Part shown: in pieces, positions 9,101 through 16,335 of the stretch
Numbering within the stretch: the stretch's first letter is position 1
Layout: each line of letters begins with the position of its first letter
Virus record (IMG/VR): IMGVR_UViG_3300027541_000229
Strand: one strand, 5' to 3'
DNA from: an uncultured virus (IMG/VR IMGVR_UViG_3300027541_000229)
Lineage: Duplodnaviria; Heunggongvirae; Uroviricota; Caudoviricetes
Length of the DNA stretch: 20,000 nucleotides
Program-made: the position numbers and the translations under genes
Notes under the pieces: model-generated
What the model was told of the DNA's origin: nothing
Seen by the model: the letters and a program-made list of their open reading frames with translations, nothing else
Database searches by the model: none

Positions 9101-9197
9101 TTGCCGAACTCGGATAAAGCTCAAACTTTTAGCCCGGAAACGGGCTAAGTGTGACCATTAGAATCTGGATAATGCTAAACTTTCCGCTTCGCGGAAA
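9094..9197 (+). repeat. Two imperfect tandem units (period 55 bp), each a conserved motif followed by a perfect hairpin
   Basis: GTGTGAC-N5-GAA-N3-GGATAA-N-GCT(C)AAACTTT starts at 9094 and at 9149. The hairpins are TTAGCCCG-GAAA-CGGGCTAA and TTTCCGC-TTC-GCGGAAA. Confidence 0.75.
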
Positions 9198-9266
9198 AAA
9201 GATTTTTAGATCATCTAGATAAAAATCTAAAAAAAGAAAAAATGCGCTGAGCGTAAGCGAAAGCGC

Positions 9267-9287
9267 AAACGAGCGTTAGCTCGTTTT
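9267..9287 (+). terminator. Perfect hairpin, possible intrinsic terminator
   Basis: AAACGAGC-GTTA-GCTCGTTT ends in a short T run, directly before the late promoter at 9291. Confidence 0.4.
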
Positions 9288-9290
9288 ACC

Positions 9291-9298
9291 GATAAATA
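9291..9298 (+). promoter_or_regulatory. T4-type late promoter (GATAAATA)
   Basis: ATAAATA core lies 5 nt before ATG 9304. Confidence 0.6.
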
Positions 9299-9303
9299 AA
9301 CAT

Positions 9304-10788
9304 ATGAATACTTTTCTGCTTGAACAACATATGGCTGATTCTCGAGAAATACTAAGAGAATCCTGTTATTACCTAACTCTAGATCAAAGAAGGATTGTAG
9401 AAGGCTACTACCGCGACATGCTTCCACTGATCGAAGCATCATTAACCGCTGATCAGATCACACAGATATTTGGTGAGATCGAAAAGCAAAGTATCGCAGG
9501 TGGACAAAGCAGAACAGTCATTGGTGCTGGCAAAGATGCTATCAAGAAAGCAGATGAAATCATCAACAAAGCAGGACGTTGGCTACAGGACACTACTCCT
9601 GTTAAAGCATTTGATCAAAAGTTTGAGGACCTAAAAGCCAAGGTCGCTGAGAAGTTTCCAGATCTAGCAGAAAAAACCGCGGCCTTAGGTGAGTGGGTCA
9701 AGGCCAATCCTGGTAAATCAGCAGCAGTCATCGGCATACTCACAGCACTAGCTTCACTAGCAGGTGGTCCTGTAGGCGGTGCTATCGCTGGTCAGGTCTT
9801 GCGTGGTGCCAATGAACTGCTCAAAGGTGAGAAACTATCCACTGCTATTGGCAAAGGTATCAAGACAGCGGCTCTGGGTTATCTATCTGGTAAAGCCTTT
9901 CAAATGTTGGGCAACTGGATGGCTGGATTCCGTGAGCAGTCTATACCATTTGGTCCTGAGGATGCAGGACTTGAACAGATCAGTTGGGACGCTAGTAAAA
10001 CACTAAGAGCTCCAGGCATGGAGTGGACACAGACCACTCAAGGATTCAATGCCTTAGTTAAACCTGAAGAAGCCAGTGCTATCCGTGCTGCGATGAATCT
10101 AGTTAAATCCGGAGGTGATGGTGCTGCTGAAGGTTTTGATCAACTTAAAAATATAGCAGACATAGTTAGAAGCCAAGAATATACGTCTAGCATGGATCAA
10201 CTAGTCCAAGGTGCATGGAAGGCTGCTAAGGATAATGACAGCCTACTACAGTTTATCAATGCTACCAAGACTGGCATGCAGGCTGCTTCGCAGGGTGCAG
10301 TGGCAGCAGCTGGAGCAGCAGCACCAGCTAAACAAGAAAGTTATTATCTACAGACTCGTCCACTCAGCGAAGGACAGGTCTATATGATCGTGAATCGTGT
10401 TCTTACTGAAGCAGGATTCTTGGACAAGGCCAAGGAGCTAGGTGGCAAGGCTCTAGGCGCAGTGACCAAAGGTGTTGCCTGGGCAGGCAAACAGGCCACT
10501 GAAAAGGTCACATCCGCCAAACTATTAGCTGCATGGAAGCTAGAAGGTTCGCCTACAGACTCTGAGCAGCTGAGAAAGTTCCTACAGAACTATGGCGGCA
10601 TCGATCCTAAGATCGTGGATCAGGTCTACACAGACATGAAACTGCCTGTAGGACCTCAGGAACCTACGCTAGATCCTGTCAAAGCTACCAGTGCATACAT
10701 GCAGATCAAAGACCAAGTATTAAAGTTAAATAAGAAACAGCAGAAGCGTATCATGGCATACCTGCAAAAAGACCTAGGAACCGCATAA
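9304..10788 (+). CDS. Hypothetical virion protein (probable internal head or ejection protein)
   Basis: 494-aa ORF under a late promoter, with a hydrophobic Gly-rich segment (AAVIGILTALASLAGGPVGGAIAG) and L/I-x-E-(A/G) motifs. Confidence 0.55.
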   Translation: MNTFLLEQHMADSREILRESCYYLTLDQRRIVEGYYRDMLPLIEASLTADQITQIFGEIEKQSIAGGQSRTVIGAGKDAIKKADEIINKAGRWLQDTTPVKAFDQKFEDLKAKVAEKFPDLAEKTAALGEWVKANPGKSAAVIGILTALASLAGGPVGGAIAGQVLRGANELLKGEKLSTAIGKGIKTAALGYLSGKAFQMLGNWMAGFREQSIPFGPEDAGLEQISWDASKTLRAPGMEWTQTTQGFNALVKPEEASAIRAAMNLVKSGGDGAAEGFDQLKNIADIVRSQEYTSSMDQLVQGAWKAAKDNDSLLQFINATKTGMQAASQGAVAAAGAAAPAKQESYYLQTRPLSEGQVYMIVNRVLTEAGFLDKAKELGGKALGAVTKGVAWAGKQATEKVTSAKLLAAWKLEGSPTDSEQLRKFLQNYGGIDPKIVDQVYTDMKLPVGPQEPTLDPVKATSAYMQIKDQVLKLNKKQQKRIMAYLQKDLGTA

Positions 10789-10789
10789 A

Positions 10790-11959
10790 ATGAAATTAAA
10801 TGAAATCATAACTGAATCAGAACAACAACATCTAGAATATCTTGAAGAAGGTCCTCTAGGAAGCCTAGGCACAGCAGTAGGCAAAGGGGTAGGCGGATTG
10901 GCCAAAGGTGTAGGAGCCGTAGCAGGCGGTGTTGCAGGTATTGGCAAAGCCTTCAAGAAAGGTTATGCCACTGGCAAAGCCACAGTAGCAGGCGATCCTG
11001 ATCCTTATCCAGATGCTCCAGACGCAGCAGCACCCGCAAAAAGTGCGGCAGCAGCACCCGCAGGCGGAGAAGAACCAGCAGCGGCAGCACCTGCAGGTGG
11101 AGCAGCAGCAGCTCCAGCAAGTGGCGCTAGCGCACCCGCAGCAGGTGGCGCAGGTTCAGCTCCTGGAAATACAACAAATGTTAATGTATCAGGCGGTAAT
11201 GCAGCCGGAGGCGCAGCAGCACCAGCTACTACCGCCGCAGATGCTAATGCACAAGGTCCTAAAGGTACAGCACCCGCAAAAGCACAGACAGGTGCAGCAG
11301 CACAAGCCATGAAGAAAACAGCAGATGCTACCGCAGGCGCAGGTGCAGAAAAAGCAGGACAGACAGTCTATGCACAGGTCAAAGCATCATTGAACCAGCT
11401 AGACAAGAAAGGCAAGCAACGTATCCTACAGCTACTACAAAAATCTCTAGCACAACCTGGACCAGCTGACCAAAAAGCAGCGGCAGGTGCAGCAGCACCA
11501 GCAGCAGGTGGTGCTCCAGCAGCAGAACCAGCAGCGGCAGCAACTCCTCCGGGAGCTCCTCCAGCACCAGCAGGTTCAGAACCAGCAGCAGAACCAGCAG
11601 CCGCAACAGCAGCACCAGCAGCCGCAACAGCAGAACCAGTAGCAGGTGGCGCAGCAGCACCAGCACCAAAACGCACTGGTGGCAAAGTTGCCGGACAAGT
11701 TAGCCAAACACCTGGCGCTATCAGAAAACGTCAAGCTCGTGCCGCTAAGAAAGGTGCAGCAGAGCCAGCACCAGGCGCAGCACCTGATCAAGCTACTATC
11801 GATGCTGACCGTGAGCGTATCATGGGACCAACTAGCGACAGCATTATTCGCACAGGCAACAGTCTAAGCGAAGCACTAGCAGCTAAGATTGAATCTAAGA
11901 AGCGTGAGATATTTGAAGTTGAGTTAGTCAACGGTCGTGCGAGCTTGTTCAGAAAATGA
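10790..11959 (+). CDS. Hypothetical Ala/Pro/Gly-rich virion protein (probable internal head protein)
   Basis: 389 aa with a MKLNEIITE start, an amphipathic Gly-rich segment after LEEG and long low-complexity linkers. Confidence 0.55.
   Translation: MKLNEIITESEQQHLEYLEEGPLGSLGTAVGKGVGGLAKGVGAVAGGVAGIGKAFKKGYATGKATVAGDPDPYPDAPDAAAPAKSAAAAPAGGEEPAAAAPAGGAAAAPASGASAPAAGGAGSAPGNTTNVNVSGGNAAGGAAAPATTAADANAQGPKGTAPAKAQTGAAAQAMKKTADATAGAGAEKAGQTVYAQVKASLNQLDKKGKQRILQLLQKSLAQPGPADQKAAAGAAAPAAGGAPAAEPAAAATPPGAPPAPAGSEPAAEPAAATAAPAAATAEPVAGGAAAPAPKRTGGKVAGQVSQTPGAIRKRQARAAKKGAAEPAPGAAPDQATIDADRERIMGPTSDSIIRTGNSLSEALAAKIESKKREIFEVELVNGRASLFRK
11593..11633 (+). repeat. 21-bp coding tandem repeat (PAAATA[A/E]) inside a GCA/CCA-rich low-complexity region
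   Basis: ACCAGCAGCCGCAACAGCAG occurs at 11593-11612 and 11614-11633. Confidence 0.7.
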
Positions 11960-12357
11960 GAATCAGTGAACTGATCGAAAAAAATCTAGAAATAGATAAT
12001 ACAGATCCTTACGATAAAGGAAAAAAGTTTGGTCAAAAACTATTAAGTCCTTTATCGTGGATTAACACTGATTCTGATAAAGAAAAAGTTGATCCTAATC
12101 TTATACAGAATCCTGCCGCTTTTATGAGCAGTGGACAAAATAGTCTAGATCTAGTAATACGAGGTAAAGCTCTTTATTCAGCAGACAAAACATTTATACA
12201 ACGTGTACTAGATCAGATAACCAGTGGGCAGATGAAACCCTCTAACGATATTGATGCTAAAGCATTGGTGTCAGGTTTAAGAGCAGCACTTAGTGGTAGA
12301 GCTGCTAATCCTCAGCAGATTGAAGCTATCAAACAGTTCCACAAACAGTTCCGTTAA
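11956..12357 (+). CDS. Hypothetical protein (MRISELIE N-terminus; probable head-associated protein)
   Basis: 133-aa ORF with an ATGA overlap with the upstream gene. Confidence 0.6.
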   Translation: MRISELIEKNLEIDNTDPYDKGKKFGQKLLSPLSWINTDSDKEKVDPNLIQNPAAFMSSGQNSLDLVIRGKALYSADKTFIQRVLDQITSGQMKPSNDIDAKALVSGLRAALSGRAANPQQIEAIKQFHKQFR

Positions 12358-12581
12358 AAAAACGGCAATCCAGATTTCTTAGTAGTTTCTAAATTTTCTT
12401 TGATTATCTCACCTATGATCTGTCTTTCTTCATAGCTGAGATGCATAGCTTCAGAAAAACTCATTCCGCGCATATACCAACAGAGCTTCATGGCTTCTTT
12501 TTTGATTTCTCTAGCCTGTGCGTCTAGTTTCGCAGATTCCTGTAAAATCTCCGGCAGAGATAGATTTAAGATTTTACTACG
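12354..12581 (-). CDS. gp51-like baseplate/tail assembly ORF, probably expressed as a -1 frameshift extension of the gp26-like gene; missing from the ORF track
   Basis: Open frame RSKILNLSLPEILQESAKLDAQAREIKKEAMKLCWYMRGMSFSEAMHLSYEERQIIGEIIKENLETTKKSGLPFF*. It has no ATG/GTG/TTG before the internal Met and begins at a slippery site. Confidence 0.7.
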   Translation of the reverse strand, partial: RSKILNLSLPEILQESAKLDAQAREIKKEAMKLCWYMRGMSFSEAMHLSYEERQIIGEIIKENLETTKKSGLPFF

Positions 12582-13429
12582 AAAAAATTTGATTGGTCCA
12601 TAGTGATAGGAATATCAAACGTTTCCTTACACTCTCCGCACTGGACATTTTGAGCTTTTAGCTCAACTTGCTCTCTTAACAACTTAAGGCGATCTTGTAT
12701 TTGATCAAAGATATCCTTGCTAGTGTTATTGATAAACTCTTTGATGATTTTTTTATCAGTAGTTTCACCATCGGGTGTTACGACTCGACTAATACACTCA
12801 GCTACAATCTCAACAGTTAGTTCTGTGAGCTTGACAAAGCTCTTGCCAAACTGATCAACTTTTTGCTCGTCAGTTAACTTTTCATCATTGATGATTGTGA
12901 ATATCTTTTGTTGCTCTAAAGTCTTAAGTTGTGTCTTTGTAACTTCTTGATATGTATACGGTCTAATATAGATCTGTAAGGGATCTACTTCGATCATATC
13001 TCGGTATTCAAATGCAGCAAACAATGCCATCCAGTTGTTAAGATCAATGTCATAGGTGTTTTCTGCATTACAATAAGGACAGTTAGAATCGATCTCCATC
13101 TTTTCGCCATAGGTAGCGATTCGAATAGCGATCAGTGCAAAATCAAGATCGATAGCAGGCATTAACCAAGGATCTTTGATAGCAGGTATACAACTTTTAA
13201 TAAGTTCTACAGTGCTAGCACCAGTAAGCAGAGCATCTGGTGTTTTAAACAGTAGTTCATCCTTGGCTGTCATAGCATATACAGGATATTCTTCGTTGGT
13301 GCTGACATCTAGAGCACCAGGAGGATAAAACCGTCCTTTACTAGGCAGTTTTACATATAGTTTTGGTTGTCTGTACCAACCCGCTAAGGGATTCTTTTTA
13401 GGTTGATTGACATTCTCTAGATCACTCAT
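12566..13429 (-). CDS. Baseplate hub assembly protein / chaperone, T4 gp26-like
   Basis: NPL..WYRQPKLYVKLPS.G.FY, MTAKDEL, D.DFALIAIRIATYGE, two CxxC pairs (CPYC, CGEC) and a C-terminal NFF. SD GGAG and a TATAAATA promoter lie upstream. Confidence 0.75.
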   Translation of the reverse strand: MSDLENVNQPKKNPLAGWYRQPKLYVKLPSKGRFYPPGALDVSTNEEYPVYAMTAKDELLFKTPDALLTGASTVELIKSCIPAIKDPWLMPAIDLDFALIAIRIATYGEKMEIDSNCPYCNAENTYDIDLNNWMALFAAFEYRDMIEVDPLQIYIRPYTYQEVTKTQLKTLEQQKIFTIINDEKLTDEQKVDQFGKSFVKLTELTVEIVAECISRVVTPDGETTDKKIIKEFINNTSKDIFDQIQDRLKLLREQVELKAQNVQCGECKETFDIPITMDQSNFFVVKS

Positions 13430-13438
13430 TTTTTCTCC

Positions 13439-13446
13439 AATAAATA
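13439..13446 (+). promoter_or_regulatory. T4-type late promoter (AATAAATA) for the tape measure-portal operon
   Basis: 7/8 match to TATAAATA, about 55 nt upstream of ATG 13501. Confidence 0.55.
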
Positions 13447-13465
13447 ATATTGTATCATATGCCAG

Positions 13466-13473
13466 TATTTATA
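13466..13473 (-). promoter_or_regulatory. T4 late promoter TATAAATA for the gp26-like gene
   Basis: Perfect consensus on the minus strand, 36 nt upstream of ATG 13429. Confidence 0.7.
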
Positions 13474-13500
13474 TACGCATAAAACCATGGAAAACTAAAG

Positions 13501-16326
13501 ATGGCAGCATCCGTCCTAATAGACATACCCGGAGTTGGAACAGTAGAAGCCAAAAATGCGGCCTCTGAAGCCACGCTACAGGAAATATTAAAAGTAGTTA
13601 GAAAAGCCGATAAAGAAACCGGGGGATTTAAAAAGAATCCTGGGGACAAAGGCGGTGGTGGCGGTGGCGACACCGGAGGTGGTGGCGGCGGATCTAAAGC
13701 TGGTAGCGGCCTGGAATCTCTAGGAAAGCTAGCCTACGCAACAGGTTTTGCATTTGCTAAAGTTGAAAAAGCAGTAAAATGGACTACTGGTGCTATCGTA
13801 GGGCTTGGTGAAGGTAGCACAAAACTCATAGAACAGTTTTCTAAAGTAGGAGATGATGTTAACAGTGCGGCCGCAGTATTCAGTAAGGTTCCTATTGTTG
13901 GAACGATGTTTAGTGCGGTAGCAGCCGCAGCTTCTGGAGTAGTTAAATCATATCAAGATGCCGCAGCCAGTGGAGCTACATTCACAGGTAGTGTTAATCA
14001 GTTTGCTGCCGCAGCCAGTGGAGCAGGTATGACAATGGCCGATTTTGGTGCATTAATAAGAAACAACGGCGCTGGCATGCTTGGGTTTGGAACAACGGTT
14101 GAAGATGGTGCAAAGAGATTTGCACAGGTGTCAAAAGCCTTAAGAACCTCTAGTGGTGAACTATATGCACTTGGGTATTCTACTCAAGATATTAATGAAG
14201 GCCTCGCTAAGTACGGTTCATTGTTAAGACAACAAGGTCTACAAGGTAATCAAACAAACGCACAGTTAGCCAGCGGTGCTAAAAATTATCTAAAAGAAAT
14301 GGATGCGTTAGCCAAGATAACTGGTGAAGAGCGCAAAGCAAAAGAAGCACAAGCAGAAGCACTAGCAAAAGATGCTCAGTTCCAAGCAGCATTGGCCGGA
14401 GCCAGTGAAGAAGTAAGAAATAGTTTTCGAGATACAGTTCTACAGTTTAAAAATCCCGCACTACAAAACTTTGCCAAAGACGTTATGGCAAACGGTGTTG
14501 CTACCACTGAAGAAAATCAAAAGATTATGGCCATGATGCCTAAATCAGCAGCCATGCTCGCAGAGTTTAATGCTAAAATAGCACGTGGCGAAACAATCAG
14601 TGTTGAAGAAAGAAACAGATTAAACAATCTAATGAAAGTAGAAGGCGGAGCAGCACTAAAAAATATTAAAACAGCAGGTGCCGCTAGTCAAGAGCTATCA
14701 GGGACTGTTAATGCTCTAGCAGGTACGCAAGAAATTAATACAGACGCTGTTAAAAAAGCAGGAGAACAACAAGCAGAAGCTGCTAAGAAAACTGACGGTA
14801 TGAATGCACAGATGGAAGCTACTAAACAAAGGTTAGCAGAATTTAGTAACGCTTTTCAAATGGCTCTGGCTAATAGCGGTCTATTAGATTTGTTGTTAAA
14901 AGCCTTTGAGTTTGTAGCAAATATAATAATGACTTTTGTTGTGCCTATTTTTCAAATGTTTGCTCAGGTAATAAACTCAGCAGGTTCAACATTTATTGAT
15001 CTTTTAATGCCCGCAGTTACAGCTCTAGCAGATTTTTTTGTAACAAACGTTCTTCCTATTTTAAATCGACTAACAGGAATAATAATAGGCGAAGTCATTC
15101 CTGCATTTGTTGAAGCTATACAAACTACCTTGGAAGATCTCAAACCTGCATTCGAATGGATTTCTAATGTTATCAAAGATTATGTTATTCCAATCTTTAA
15201 GAATGTAGCATTGTTTATCGCAGATAACCTAACTCCAATATTGATAGGAGTTGTTGGAGCATTTGTAACAATGAAAGCTATACAGCTCGCTTCTATGATT
15301 CCCTCGATGATAGCTACTGCTGCACAGGCATTTGCAACTGCGGCAGCATTTATTCCTTTGATTGCAGGAGTTGTGGCAGCCACGTGGCCGTTTTTAGCCA
15401 TAGCTGCTGCCATCGCCGCTGCTATCTATGTGTTTAAAAAACTAGGTGGTGATACACAGGTTGTGTCTGATGCATTTAGCTGGTTAGGTAAACAGTTCAA
15501 GTCTATGTTCCTTATGCTCAAGGAAGGTATATTAGTTTTCCTAAATGCTATTCCTGGTATGCGTGGAGACTACGATAAAGATATTAAAGACATACAGGAA
15601 GAACGAAAAAAGAATAGCGAGGAAGCAACTCAGCTTGAAAAAGACATGGCTGAGCGTATGAGGAAAAACAGAGAAGCTCAAGAAGCTGAAGCAAAAGCCG
15701 AGGCCGCAAAAGAAGAAGCTGATAACAAGAAAAAAGAAGCTCGTCGTCAGAATGCTAAAGATATCGAAGAGAATCTTGCTAAGAAAGAAGAAACACTGTT
15801 CAAGAATGGTTTATCAATTAAAGGAGCTAGTTTGGCTGCTGACAAAAAACATGCAGACAAAAAAGAAGAGATTGCTGATAAAGCAGAAGAAGCAGAAAAG
15901 AAACTAGCAAATGTTGATTATAACACTACTGATTCTATTTCATTATTGAAACAGGTAGCAACACAACAAGGAAGTGATTTAGTTCCACAGGCAGCTAAAA
16001 CTGTAGGAAGAGAACCAGCCCCTGCTTCGGCTTCTGCAGGTGCAGATACTACTAGAAGAGAAATTGCAGCGGTCAGCGAAGAAGAAAGAGCTAAAAAAGC
16101 CAAAGAAGCAGCCGAGCGTCAAGCCAGAGAAAGTGGAGGTGGTTCAACTACTAATCCAGCAGCTCCAAAGTCTCCGACCCAAGCTCAAGAATCCGCCGAG
16201 TCATTGCTTGCACAGTTAAATACTAAGATGGATCAACTTCTAAGAGTAAATCGAGAATCGTTTAATGTTGCCGAGCGCCAACTAAGCGTTACTAGAGGTC
16301 TAAGCAAAGACATGTTTAACATTTAA
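13501..16326 (+). CDS. Tail tape measure protein
   Basis: 941-aa Ala-rich helical protein with central hydrophobic segments and charged coiled coils, adjacent to the gp26/gp51-like genes. Confidence 0.75.
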   Translation: MAASVLIDIPGVGTVEAKNAASEATLQEILKVVRKADKETGGFKKNPGDKGGGGGGDTGGGGGGSKAGSGLESLGKLAYATGFAFAKVEKAVKWTTGAIVGLGEGSTKLIEQFSKVGDDVNSAAAVFSKVPIVGTMFSAVAAAASGVVKSYQDAAASGATFTGSVNQFAAAASGAGMTMADFGALIRNNGAGMLGFGTTVEDGAKRFAQVSKALRTSSGELYALGYSTQDINEGLAKYGSLLRQQGLQGNQTNAQLASGAKNYLKEMDALAKITGEERKAKEAQAEALAKDAQFQAALAGASEEVRNSFRDTVLQFKNPALQNFAKDVMANGVATTEENQKIMAMMPKSAAMLAEFNAKIARGETISVEERNRLNNLMKVEGGAALKNIKTAGAASQELSGTVNALAGTQEINTDAVKKAGEQQAEAAKKTDGMNAQMEATKQRLAEFSNAFQMALANSGLLDLLLKAFEFVANIIMTFVVPIFQMFAQVINSAGSTFIDLLMPAVTALADFFVTNVLPILNRLTGIIIGEVIPAFVEAIQTTLEDLKPAFEWISNVIKDYVIPIFKNVALFIADNLTPILIGVVGAFVTMKAIQLASMIPSMIATAAQAFATAAAFIPLIAGVVAATWPFLAIAAAIAAAIYVFKKLGGDTQVVSDAFSWLGKQFKSMFLMLKEGILVFLNAIPGMRGDYDKDIKDIQEERKKNSEEATQLEKDMAERMRKNREAQEAEAKAEAAKEEADNKKKEARRQNAKDIEENLAKKEETLFKNGLSIKGASLAADKKHADKKEEIADKAEEAEKKLANVDYNTTDSISLLKQVATQQGSDLVPQAAKTVGREPAPASASAGADTTRREIAAVSEEERAKKAKEAAERQARESGGGSTTNPAAPKSPTQAQESAESLLAQLNTKMDQLLRVNRESFNVAERQLSVTRGLSKDMFNI

Positions 16327-16335
16327 GGTACTGCA

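Noticed and set aside
9094..9197. CRISPR or TIGR array
   Set aside because: There are only two units, no identical 25-40 bp repeats, no box C/D motifs, and no cas or Nop-domain gene in the window.
8809..9300. Group I/II intron, tRNA, tmRNA or RNase P RNA next to the GIY-YIG gene
   Set aside because: I found no group I P/Q/R/S core, group II domain V, T-loop/CCA or RNase P signature, and the flanking genes appear intact. An Infernal search would be decisive.
8727..9442. Minus-strand ORFs 8727-8999 and 9227-9442 as explanations of the intergenic region
   Set aside because: They overlap real genes in antisense, have no SD and give implausible proteins. The region is better explained as structured non-coding sequence.
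11005..11867. Alternative-frame ORFs within the Ala/Pro-rich gene
   Set aside because: They are artefacts of GCA/CCA low-complexity codons that lack stops in other frames.
12354..12592. Sequencing error in the A6 run or pseudogene as the cause of the gp26/gp51 frame break
   Set aside because: Not excluded without reads, but the in-phase slippery heptamer with a correctly spaced stem and the NFF ending favour programmed frameshifting.
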